Assembly: GCA_964626905.1 (NCBI GenBank)
Contig: CAZVHA010000005.1
Location: 51,345-115,344 of the forward strand
DNA: 64,000 bases
Source: an uncultured bacterium
Lineage (GTDB): Bacteria; Chlamydiota; Chlamydiia; Chlamydiales; SM23-39
Direction of reading: 5' to 3'
Below the pieces are notes generated by a model that worked only from the letters and a program-made list of their open reading frames with translations, was not told the DNA's origin and made no database searches. A program made the position numbers and the translations under genes. Every line of letters starts with the position of its first letter. Position 1 is the stretch's first letter. Below are positions 11,813 to 20,282 of the stretch, piece by piece.

Positions 11813-13023
11813 AGGAGAAATTTTTTCCGTTTTTCTAAGAAGGCCTCTCTTTCATTTTTGTGGAGTTCGACCAATTTCCAAGCGGGGAATTTTTCATTGA
11901 GGAGCATTTGGTAGACTTTATCGGTGCCATTGGCTTTACAAAAGAGCTCTATTTTTTTGGGAGAGGATTGGAGTTTTTCGCTGAATTCTTTGGGGTAAAG
12001 GCTTTTGAGGATTCCGAGGAGGAAGAATTGAATAGAGAGGGGTTTATAAACAGTTGGGTCGGTGATCTGGATTAAAACGCCTTGGCAATCGGTTCCCTTA
12101 TACAATCCCCAAAAAGGGCGGAAGTGGTAGGGGGAAAAGTGGACGCCGGGCAATTTTTGGGCGTTTAGTTTTTTTGCAAACAACTGGGCATCGATCCAGG
12201 GGGCGCCGACAATTTTGAAAGGGAGGGTAAATCCGATGCCGATGTTGAGGATGCCGAGTTCTCCGAGGATGCCGGTGGAGGGGCAAAAGAGGGGGGTATC
12301 TGGTTCTGGGACATTGGGGCTGGGGGGGATCCAAGCGAGCCCTGTGTCTCGAAAGCTCATTTTTCTTTGCCACCCTTTCATGGGAATCACTTTGAGTTTG
12401 CAGCCAACTTTGTATTCTTCATTGAAGAAGAGGGCGAGTTCACCGATGGTCATTCCGTGGCAATAGGGGGTATTGATGTAGCCGATGAAGGAGCGCCAAG
12501 AATCTTCGAGCATGGGACCATCGACGGTGAGGCCGTTGATGGGATTGGGGCGATCGAGGACGATCACTTCGATGCCGTGTTTGGCGGCCTCTTCCATCAT
12601 GTAGAATAGGGTGGTGGGGTAAGTGTAGGCTCTGACGCCGGTGCATTGCATGTCGTAGACGATGACGTCGAGGTTTTCGAGCATTTCTGGGGTGGGTCTG
12701 CGCGTTTCTCCGTGGAGGCTATAGATAGGGACGCCGAGGAAATCGGAGTGATCGACTTTTTCCCATGCGTAGCATTGGCCTTTGAGGCCATGTTCGGGGG
12801 AAAAAATGGCTGCGAGCGAAAAGTTTTCGCAGAAGCGCTCGAGAGTGAGGCGCATTTGGGTATCGATGCCTGTGTGGTTGGTGAGGAGGCCGATTTTTTT
12901 ATCTTTTAACAGGGCGTCGTGACCGTCGTTAAAGAAGACATCAACTCCAGGAGACACAATGGGAGCCGCCATAAGAGACATGAGAAACACGGGTAAAACC
13001 AAAAAAAGAATCGCGCGCATCAT
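11806..13023 (-). CDS. DUF1343 / NamZ-family exo-beta-N-acetylmuramidase-like protein, secreted
   Basis: Family blocks GLLTNHTGID, FSPEHGLKG, VRAYTY, VLDRPNPINGL and GMTIGELALFFN. Signal peptide from ATG 13023 (MMRAILFLVLPVFL). The track start at 13032 is a TTG. Confidence 0.8.
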   Translation of the reverse strand: MMRAILFLVLPVFLMSLMAAPIVSPGVDVFFNDGHDALLKDKKIGLLTNHTGIDTQMRLTLERFCENFSLAAIFSPEHGLKGQCYAWEKVDHSDFLGVPIYSLHGETRRPTPEMLENLDVIVYDMQCTGVRAYTYPTTLFYMMEEAAKHGIEVIVLDRPNPINGLTVDGPMLEDSWRSFIGYINTPYCHGMTIGELALFFNEEYKVGCKLKVIPMKGWQRKMSFRDTGLAWIPPSPNVPEPDTPLFCPSTGILGELGILNIGIGFTLPFKIVGAPWIDAQLFAKKLNAQKLPGVHFSPYHFRPFWGLYKGTDCQGVLIQITDPTVYKPLSIQFFLLGILKSLYPKEFSEKLQSSPKKIELFCKANGTDKVYQMLLNEKFPAWKLVELHKNEREAFLEKRKKFLLY

Positions 13024-13068
13024 CGAAATCAATTATAACAGAATTTTGATTGAAGTATAGAGTCCCAT

Positions 13069-16000
13069 ATGAGTCATTTAGATGCAGCGATTGAGATCTT
13101 GGATCAAGTAGCGGGCAAACCGCAAACGATCTCGGAGCGGGGGCGATTTGCAGTTGAGCTTGCGGCGTTGATGTTGGAAGAGGCGAATCGGACGATGTCC
13201 TCCTCGGAGAAAAAAGAGCAGGAGCAGCTCAGCCGTTTGATGCGCGATCCTCTTGGGAAAGCGTTTACGACTTCGATGACAGATGAGTGTTTTCGGAGCC
13301 ATTCAAATCGGCGCATTGCAGATCAGATGATCTATCTTTTAAACCAATTGGGGGTACCGCAATATCTCGATTTATGGAAGAAGGCGGAGCTATTTGTCTT
13401 CCGTTCATTGAGTCCGCAGCTTGCGGGGATGTTGATCCCTTTTGCAATGCAGGAGTTGCGGAGGCAAACGGCGAAGGTGATTCTTCCTGGGGAGACGGCC
13501 GCTTTGACGAAGCATCTCAAGGAGCGCAAAGCGGAATCTGTGCGGCAAAACATCAACCATTTGGGCGAAGCGATTTTAAGTGAGGCGGAGGCGAAAAAGA
13601 AGCTCCACCTTTATCTAGAGGATTTAAAGAATCCAGATATCGATTACATGTCGGTGAAAATTTCGACGATTTACAGTCAAATTCAGCTGCTCGCTTTTGA
13701 AGAGACTGTCGAGCATATTGCGCAGAAGCTGAAAAAGTTGTATCGGGCGGCGATGGCGATGAGCCCACCCAAATTCATCAATCTGGATATGGAGGAGTAT
13801 CGGGATCTCGATTTGACGGTAAGCAGTTTTAAGAAGGTGTTGGATGAGCCTGAGTTCCATTCATATTCTGCGGGGATCGTGTTGCAAGCGTACCTGCCCG
13901 ATTCGCATCAATTTCAAAAAGAGTTGACCGAGTGGGCGAAAGTGCGGATCAAGCAAGGGGGGGCGCCGATCAAGATTCGGATTGTGAAGGGAGCGAATTT
14001 GGCGATGGAGCAATTTGAGGCATCGCTGAAGGGGTGGCCGCAGGCACCCTACACGCAAAAGGTGGATGTAGATGCGAATTATAAGCGGATGTTGATTTAC
14101 GGGTGTATTGCAGAAAATGCCCGGGCAGTGCGCCTTGGGATTGCAAGTCACAACCTTTTTGATATTGCCTTTGCGATGCTGCTGCGCTCCGAGAACCGGG
14201 TGGAGCCCTATACGGGATTTGAGATGTTGGAGGGGATGGCAGATCCGATTCGGCGAGTGGTGCAGAAGCTAACGGGAGATATGCTCCTCTACTGTCCTGT
14301 GGCCCTGAAGGAAGATTTTCAACATGCGATTGCCTATTTGATTCGGAGACTGGATGAAAATACGGGGCCGGAGAATTTTTTACGGCATGTATTTGGGCTG
14401 AAACCTGGGACAGAGAATTGGGAGAATCAGACAGCGCTCTTTCTTCAGAGCTGCGATGAAATTGAGACTGTTTTTCAAGGGTCTCGGAGGGTCCAAAATA
14501 GACTTCTTGCGCCAATGGCACATGATCCGAGACTCGGATTTGAAAATGAGCCGGACACCGATTTTTCCCTGCCGCAAAACCGCAAGTGGGCGCAGGAGGT
14601 GGTGCGGCACTGGAAAAGCGTCAAAGAGAAGCCAATTCCCCTCGTGATTGGGGGAAAACAGATTTTGGAAAACGAGGAGGGGGTGGGCCGCTGTCCGAAC
14701 AGCACAACGGAGGAATTTTCAAATGTAAAGCCGCTTTACATTTACACCAAAGCCCATAAACATCATATAGATGCGGCTCTAAAATGCGCAAAAGCGCACG
14801 AAAAGGAGTGGGGGGAAACGACGGCGCAATATCGGGGTCAGCTTTTAGCGCAAGTGGCGCAAGGGTTAAGGCAGAGGCGTGGGGAGCTGATAGGTGCGAT
14901 GATGATGGATGGGGGGAAGCTGATCACAGAGGCGGATCCGGAGGTTTCGGAGGCGATCGATTTTGCCCAGTATTATCGGCGCCAATTAGAGAAGATGTTT
15001 CAGATGAAGGACATTGAGTGGGCGCCTAAGGGGACCATTTTAGTGGCATCGCCGTGGAATTTTCCGTGTGCGATTCCGGCTGGGGGGATGTTGGCGGCGT
15101 TGGCAGCGGGGAACTGTGTGATTTTCAAGCCTTCATCGGAGGTTGTGTTGACAGCTTGGCATTTGGTGAATGTGTTTTGGGATGCTGGGGTTCCGAAGGA
15201 GGTGTTGCAATTTGTTCCCTGTTCTGGCGACGGTGCTGGGGGGGATTTGATCCGGGATGAGCGCATCAATGGCGTGATCTTGACAGGGGGAACTGAGACG
15301 GCGAAATCATTTTTGCGGATGCGGCCCAGTTTAGATCTTGCGGCGGAGACGGGTGGGAAGAATGCGATCATTATTACGGGGTTATCGGATCGGGATTTAG
15401 CGATCAAGGATCTTTTGCACTCTGCGTTTAGCAATTCTGGGCAAAAATGTTCAGCGGCGGCGCTTGGGATCCTTGAGGCAGAAATTTATGATGACCCACA
15501 TTTTCTCGATTCTTTGAAGGAAGCGGCGGCGAGCATGAAGGTGGGGCTGAGTTGGGAGTTGGGTGTAAAAGTAGGGCCATTGATTCATCCTCCGCGTGGG
15601 GCATTGAAGAGGGGGCTAACGACTCTGGAAGAGGGGGAGGAGTGGTTACTAGAGCCTCGGCAGAATCCGGATCATCCTTGTCTTTGGAGTCCGGGGATCA
15701 AGCTTGGGGTACGTGCTGGCAGTTTTACGCATATGACTGAGTTATTTGGGCCTGTTTTGGGTCTTATGAGGGCGGACAATTTGGACCATGCGATTGAGCT
15801 TGCGAATCAGGTGCCGTATGGGTTGACATCGGGGTTGCAGAGTTTAGATGAGCGGGAGCAAGGGAAGTGGCTTGATCGGATAGAGGCGGGCAATCTTTAT
15901 ATCAATCGAGGGATCACGGGTGCGATCGTGCGCAGACAGCCGTTTGGGGGGTGCAAGGCGTCGAGTATTGGGAAGGGGGCGAAAGCTGGTGGGCCGAATT

Positions 16001-16653
16001 ATGTTTGTGAATTTATGAAGCCGAAGCAAACGGGCCTTCCACAGGAAAAGTATCCGGTAAACGAGCGGGTCAATCATCTGACAGCCTTTTTAGATCGGAT
16101 GGACTTGACGGCGGAGCAGCTAGGGGTTTGGACAGCGAGCTGTGCGAACTATGCATATTGGTGGAGGCGGATGAAGCAGGACCGGGACCCATCGAAAATT
16201 GTGGGGCAGGACAATTTCTTCCGCTATGTTCCGAGGAAGAGGATTGTACTGCGTCTTGAGCTGCACTCAAATCCATTGGAATTTTTGAAAGTGTGTGCGG
16301 CGGCGCTCACCTGTGGAGCGGGGGTTGAAATCAGTTATCCGATGGAGCTAGAGACGAAGATTCCGTGGCTGAGAGAACTTGCCTCTATTCCAATCGTTGA
16401 AGAAGCGGAGGAACAATTTTTAAAGCGGCTCCATGACGGAAAGATTGGCCGTTTGCGACTATTGGAGCCCGCAAACGAGAAAATCGCAAAAGCGGCGGCA
16501 CACTCTGCGACCTATATTTCGGATGATTTAGTGTTGACGAATGGGCGCCTAGAGCTATTGCATTATCTTCGCGAAGTATCGATCAGTATCGATTATCATC
16601 GTTATGGGAATTTAGGGCTTCGCGAAGGTGAACTGCGCAAGCCGATTCTCTGA
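13069..16653 (+). CDS. putA: Bifunctional proline dehydrogenase / 1-pyrroline-5-carboxylate dehydrogenase PutA
   Basis: 1194 aa. The N-terminal half is a PRODH barrel (IKIRIVKGANL, EMLEGM). The C-terminal half is an ALDH domain (SPWNFP, FKPSSE, ELGGKN-like ETGGKNA, GQKCSA catalytic Cys). Confidence 0.92.
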   Translation: MSHLDAAIEILDQVAGKPQTISERGRFAVELAALMLEEANRTMSSSEKKEQEQLSRLMRDPLGKAFTTSMTDECFRSHSNRRIADQMIYLLNQLGVPQYLDLWKKAELFVFRSLSPQLAGMLIPFAMQELRRQTAKVILPGETAALTKHLKERKAESVRQNINHLGEAILSEAEAKKKLHLYLEDLKNPDIDYMSVKISTIYSQIQLLAFEETVEHIAQKLKKLYRAAMAMSPPKFINLDMEEYRDLDLTVSSFKKVLDEPEFHSYSAGIVLQAYLPDSHQFQKELTEWAKVRIKQGGAPIKIRIVKGANLAMEQFEASLKGWPQAPYTQKVDVDANYKRMLIYGCIAENARAVRLGIASHNLFDIAFAMLLRSENRVEPYTGFEMLEGMADPIRRVVQKLTGDMLLYCPVALKEDFQHAIAYLIRRLDENTGPENFLRHVFGLKPGTENWENQTALFLQSCDEIETVFQGSRRVQNRLLAPMAHDPRLGFENEPDTDFSLPQNRKWAQEVVRHWKSVKEKPIPLVIGGKQILENEEGVGRCPNSTTEEFSNVKPLYIYTKAHKHHIDAALKCAKAHEKEWGETTAQYRGQLLAQVAQGLRQRRGELIGAMMMDGGKLITEADPEVSEAIDFAQYYRRQLEKMFQMKDIEWAPKGTILVASPWNFPCAIPAGGMLAALAAGNCVIFKPSSEVVLTAWHLVNVFWDAGVPKEVLQFVPCSGDGAGGDLIRDERINGVILTGGTETAKSFLRMRPSLDLAAETGGKNAIIITGLSDRDLAIKDLLHSAFSNSGQKCSAAALGILEAEIYDDPHFLDSLKEAAASMKVGLSWELGVKVGPLIHPPRGALKRGLTTLEEGEEWLLEPRQNPDHPCLWSPGIKLGVRAGSFTHMTELFGPVLGLMRADNLDHAIELANQVPYGLTSGLQSLDEREQGKWLDRIEAGNLYINRGITGAIVRRQPFGGCKASSIGKGAKAGGPNYVCEFMKPKQTGLPQEKYPVNERVNHLTAFLDRMDLTAEQLGVWTASCANYAYWWRRMKQDRDPSKIVGQDNFFRYVPRKRIVLRLELHSNPLEFLKVCAAALTCGAGVEISYPMELETKIPWLRELASIPIVEEAEEQFLKRLHDGKIGRLRLLEPANEKIAKAAAHSATYISDDLVLTNGRLELLHYLREVSISIDYHRYGNLGLREGELRKPIL
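14721..14743. repeat. Copy A of the dispersed palindrome (AAATGTAAAGCCGCTTTACATTT), inside putA
   Basis: 23-nt perfect palindrome. The 21-nt core is at 14722-14742 and is read in-frame as NVKPLYI. Confidence 0.95.
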
Positions 16654-16668
16654 GAGGCTCACCCCCCC

Positions 16669-17199
16669 TCATAAACGCTCATGTTCGGGGATTTCATAAA
16701 GGGTGAGATAAAAATCCTGTTCGTCCCTCCCATTCAGACTCCCTTGGAAAATGGCCGTATTTCGAACATAGAGTTGGGCATGATTAAGGAGCCTTTGATC
16801 CGCTCCGTTTTCGACCAAATAACGATAAAATGGGTGGCTTTCCTTTGCGTGGTATCGATTGTAGAGCCATCTTGGGATCAAAGTGATACAACGAATTGGC
16901 AAAGTTGCAAAATCAATCACTGCCGAAACGATGACTGTCAAAATTTTGAGGCCAAATTCTTTTATCTTTAAGGCAGCAATGGCTCCAGGAAAGAAAAGAT
17001 CTTTGCAAAAGTTCCCAATAGTGTCCGTTCTAACAACAACGAACTGCCCCTCCCAGGAACATTTTCTGGCATTGTAACTGCAAAGATTGGCCACACGCGA
17101 ATATTCACCGACACTTTTACACTCTTTGGTAAAGAGCCAAGGCTGGCCAGCCCCTTCTGAAACACGAATAGCGTTAGTGACTCTTAATTCAGCACTCAT
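16669..17199 (-). CDS. Hypothetical membrane protein, 176 aa
   Basis: ATG start and a central hydrophobic segment ILTVIVSAVIDFATLPIRCITLIPRWLY. No enzyme motif recognised. Confidence 0.5.
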   Translation of the reverse strand: MSAELRVTNAIRVSEGAGQPWLFTKECKSVGEYSRVANLCSYNARKCSWEGQFVVVRTDTIGNFCKDLFFPGAIAALKIKEFGLKILTVIVSAVIDFATLPIRCITLIPRWLYNRYHAKESHPFYRYLVENGADQRLLNHAQLYVRNTAIFQGSLNGRDEQDFYLTLYEIPEHERL

Positions 17200-17285
17200 A
17201 CAGCCCCCGATTTTAATCGGTTCAAAGGGTCGCCGATTTTCCCACTAAATGTCAACTTTGCCAGGTTAGTGAAGCGACATACAGA

Positions 17286-17335
17286 ATTCGGTTGTAACCG
17301 AATGAACTGCACGCCATTATTCGGTTACAACCGAA
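17286..17335. repeat. Two copies of a dyad, ATTCGGTT-NN-AACCGAA(T), spaced about 33 nt apart
   Basis: 17286-17303 is a perfect 8+2+8 palindrome. 17320-17335 is a perfect 7+2+7 palindrome of the same sequence. Both lie in the 186-nt gap between two minus-strand genes. Confidence 0.85.
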
Positions 17336-17385
17336 CAAATTGGTATGGAACGGTTATTTGAGATTCAACGCATTATCATTACGCT

Positions 17386-17976
17386 CTAGTGCTCAGTCTC
17401 AGGCAATTTTTTTCTGATACATTTCACTTTTGATAAAATGTCCGTAATAATATACACATCAGGAGTTACATATTTCCTCTCTTCCTTCGGACAGACTCCA
17501 TCTTCTTCGGCTATAAAATACATAATCTCATTCTCATAGATCGCTATCATCTCCAAATCGTCTTTCCGTAAGTGCCTTTTTTCATCATAGTCAAAATGTA
17601 AACGAAAAGATAAATCCTCATAGGTAATAGGAAAATGATAAAAACAATTCCGAAACTCTTCTCTACTATTCAAAAGAGCGAGCAACCCATCAACAATTTT
17701 ATAAAAATACCGTCTTCCTTCATCACATCTTATATTCAAATCTACACTATACCCCAGATCAATTAAGTGGATTTTCCCATCATAAACTTTATCCCGGCCT
17801 GTGCAACGCACTCCATATGATCTCAGCTTAACGTTCTTTTCTTTTCTCAATTGTTCTGAATATTTCTTTATCAAAGGAATCACTTCATCTCTAGGATTGC
17901 TTGTTTTGCTCATTGCATAAACAGGACCCGACTGCAATGCGGATAAAATAGCAAAGAAATATAGGTACCAATTCAT
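17386..17976 (-). CDS. Hypothetical secreted protein, 196 aa, in a very AT-rich gene
   Basis: Signal peptide MNWYLYFFAILSALQSGPVYA. An ATGA overlap links it to the upstream gene. No motif recognised. Confidence 0.55.
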   Translation of the reverse strand: MNWYLYFFAILSALQSGPVYAMSKTSNPRDEVIPLIKKYSEQLRKEKNVKLRSYGVRCTGRDKVYDGKIHLIDLGYSVDLNIRCDEGRRYFYKIVDGLLALLNSREEFRNCFYHFPITYEDLSFRLHFDYDEKRHLRKDDLEMIAIYENEIMYFIAEEDGVCPKEERKYVTPDVYIITDILSKVKCIRKKLPETEH

Positions 17977-18578
17977 CGCATCCCCCCATATTTTTCGTAA
18001 TCAGGTGCATTAAATCTCTTTATCCCCTTCTGATATGTTTGATTTTCAAAATAATGCCCCTTAATAAATCCCGAATAGACCTCCTCATCTGAATCGAAAA
18101 GAATGTACTGGTTTTTCAAATGCGTCTTCGCAGAAATTTCCCCGCTCGATGTATTCGTAAACCCCTTCGCACTCTGCGCAAAATTGTGCGCATTGTAGCG
18201 AAATACCTGCCTCGGCTCCTCTTTTTCCCCGTAAAATCCCTTCCCAATTTGCGGATACTTTTGCTCGTTCGGGTCGAGAAAATAACAGAGCGTCGTCCCA
18301 TTGCGCTCATTCACAAAAATCTCATTCGTCAAACAAGAAAATGAGGCCCTTAAGTGCCCATCTCCCCTAAACGTCCCCAGCCGGCTAATAAATGCCCTTT
18401 GCAAACGAATCGGCTCTGCCCCCTGAACCACATAATCCTCATCAAACGAATACAAATCCCCCGTAATCATGCTCACCCCCTCCACAAGAGCCGAAGGATC
18501 ATTCTCCGTCACCGCAACCGCCAACTCATCCGAATGGATAGAAAAAATAAGAAATAAAAAAACGCAAAGATACTTCAC
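17973..18578 (-). CDS. Hypothetical secreted protein, 201 aa, with an Rhs/DUF6531-like N-terminal string
   Basis: GTG start after GGGGGA. Signal peptide MKYLCVFLFLIFSIHS. The segment VSMITGDLYSFDEDYVVQGAEPIRLQRAFIS resembles the V-x-x-x-[ST]-G-...-D-...-G-..-P-[IL]-x-[LF]-x-R-x-[YF]-x-S pattern at the start of Rhs/YD-repeat proteins. Confidence 0.5.
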   Translation of the reverse strand: MKYLCVFLFLIFSIHSDELAVAVTENDPSALVEGVSMITGDLYSFDEDYVVQGAEPIRLQRAFISRLGTFRGDGHLRASFSCLTNEIFVNERNGTTLCYFLDPNEQKYPQIGKGFYGEKEEPRQVFRYNAHNFAQSAKGFTNTSSGEISAKTHLKNQYILFDSDEEVYSGFIKGHYFENQTYQKGIKRFNAPDYEKYGGMR

Positions 18579-18689
18579 TTTTCCCCCACGATCAGTGTAA
18601 AGGAAATACTTTAATCAAAGGTTTGCATTTCGATCGAACATTTTTAGATGTGGACTTATTTTTTCTTAACATGATATAAAAAACACCTT

Positions 18690-20282
18690 ATGACAACCGC
18701 TACCTCGAACGTCGTCCAGCTCTCTACGGACTACTGGATTACGCTGGATGAATTCTCCTCTCTCTTGGTGAATGCCGAGATCGATCTCGGTGAACAGGCA
18801 ATCGAGCGGATGAATGAGACGCGCCGTTTTATCGACTACCTTTTATCGGCCCAAATCCGCGTGTATGGCTTGACAACCGGTTTTGCCGACCTTAGAAACA
18901 CCGCGGTCGATGCGGAATACGCAGCCCTACTTTCAAAAAACATGATCCTCAGCCACGATGCCGGCATCGGCAAGCCGCTTGCGCAAAATATCACTTTGGG
19001 CGCCATGATTTTGAGGGCCCACTCTCTCTCAAAAGGGTATTCGGGGTTTTCAGTCGATTCGTTGGAGACCCTCATCCAAATGATCAATGCTAGAATTGTC
19101 CCGGAGATCCCCTGCACAGGCTCTCTCGGCGCAAGCGGCGATCTCGCCTTTTTGGCAAGGCTCGGCAGAGCCATGATGGGCGAAGAGGTCCCTGTACTGC
19201 ATCGAGGGATGAAAACGAGCGCAAAAGAGGCTTTTCGCCTCGCGAAAATTGAACCAATGACTCCAAAGGCCAAAGAGGGCCTCGCGTTGACCAATGGCAC
19301 CTCTTTCATGGCCTCCATGATGGCGATCGGCTACCAAAAAGAGATGCAATGCCTCGAAAATGCCATCTCGCTCCTCGGCCTTTTTCTCAATGCAACGGCT
19401 GCTGCTGAACCCGCTTTCTTTGACATGATGCAGAGCGTGAGACGCCAAAAAGGACAAGCCCGCATCGCAGAAGTTTTACGCCCCTTCTTGCGAGAAGAAA
19501 GATCCAGAGAAATCCAAAATGACTACTCCATCCGCTGCCTGCCCCAAATCTTAGGCCCTAAGGTTGAAATGATCTTAGAACAGAGGCAAAAGATCGAAAA
19601 CGAACTCAACGCCATCACCGATAACCCCCTCATCTTCCGAAATGACGAAATCTCCCCAGATGTCGATCGCTCCCATATCATCCCCTTCAATGGGACCGAT
19701 TGGGTCGTCGCTTCAGGCGGCAATTTCCACGGCGAAACGACCAGCACAATCGCCGATGCGATCGCAATCGCCAACGCCAAAATCGCCCTCACTTTGGAAA
19801 GACAGCTCACCTACATGCTCAACCCCGCCCGCAATGGGAAAAAATTCCCCATCTACCTCATTGCGAATCCAAAACTTGCAGGCTTCCAATCGGGCTTCAT
19901 GATCACCCAATACACCGCCAATGCCCTGACCCACAAGATTTGCCTCCTCGCCAACCCAGCCTCAACCACGAACCTCACCTCGGCAAATGAATCGGAAGAC
20001 GTCGTCAGCTATGGAGCCACAGCCGCACAAAAATTGCTCGAACAAATCGAACTCTTCGAACAGCTTTTGGCCATTCATCTCCTCACGACAGCGCAAGCTT
20101 ATTCCCTCATTCGAAAAACAAAAGAAAACAAAAACCCTTTCTGCGAAGAAATCTTTGCAAAAATCGAATCTAAAATCCCATTCCCCCAAATCGAAGACGA
20201 AAGTTTCGATCACAAATACAAAGTGGCCCTCTCCCTTTTGCAATCGGGCAGCTTGGTGTATCACATTCTTAAAATGTCTTGA
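18690..20282 (+). CDS. hutH: Histidine ammonia-lyase (MIO-dependent aromatic amino acid lyase family)
   Basis: 530 aa. The MIO-forming triad Ala-Ser-Gly sits in GSLGASGDLA (nt 19131-19139). The Ser-His selectivity pair in ILSHDAG favours histidine over Tyr or Phe. Confidence 0.82.
   Translation: MTTATSNVVQLSTDYWITLDEFSSLLVNAEIDLGEQAIERMNETRRFIDYLLSAQIRVYGLTTGFADLRNTAVDAEYAALLSKNMILSHDAGIGKPLAQNITLGAMILRAHSLSKGYSGFSVDSLETLIQMINARIVPEIPCTGSLGASGDLAFLARLGRAMMGEEVPVLHRGMKTSAKEAFRLAKIEPMTPKAKEGLALTNGTSFMASMMAIGYQKEMQCLENAISLLGLFLNATAAAEPAFFDMMQSVRRQKGQARIAEVLRPFLREERSREIQNDYSIRCLPQILGPKVEMILEQRQKIENELNAITDNPLIFRNDEISPDVDRSHIIPFNGTDWVVASGGNFHGETTSTIADAIAIANAKIALTLERQLTYMLNPARNGKKFPIYLIANPKLAGFQSGFMITQYTANALTHKICLLANPASTTNLTSANESEDVVSYGATAAQKLLEQIELFEQLLAIHLLTTAQAYSLIRKTKENKNPFCEEIFAKIESKIPFPQIEDESFDHKYKVALSLLQSGSLVYHILKMS

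Noticed and set aside
12098-12646. Pro/Arg/His-rich ORFs (91, 68 and 83 aa) around 12.1-12.6 kb
   Set aside because: They are antisense or off-frame translations of the well-supported DUF1343/NamZ gene.
17200-17385. Possible tRNA or small RNA in this 186-nt gap (and in 60534-60702)
   Set aside because: I could trace no cloverleaf, no GTTCGAATC-like T-loop and no conserved ncRNA signature. Only the twin dyads are reported. A covariance-model scan would be needed to exclude sRNAs.
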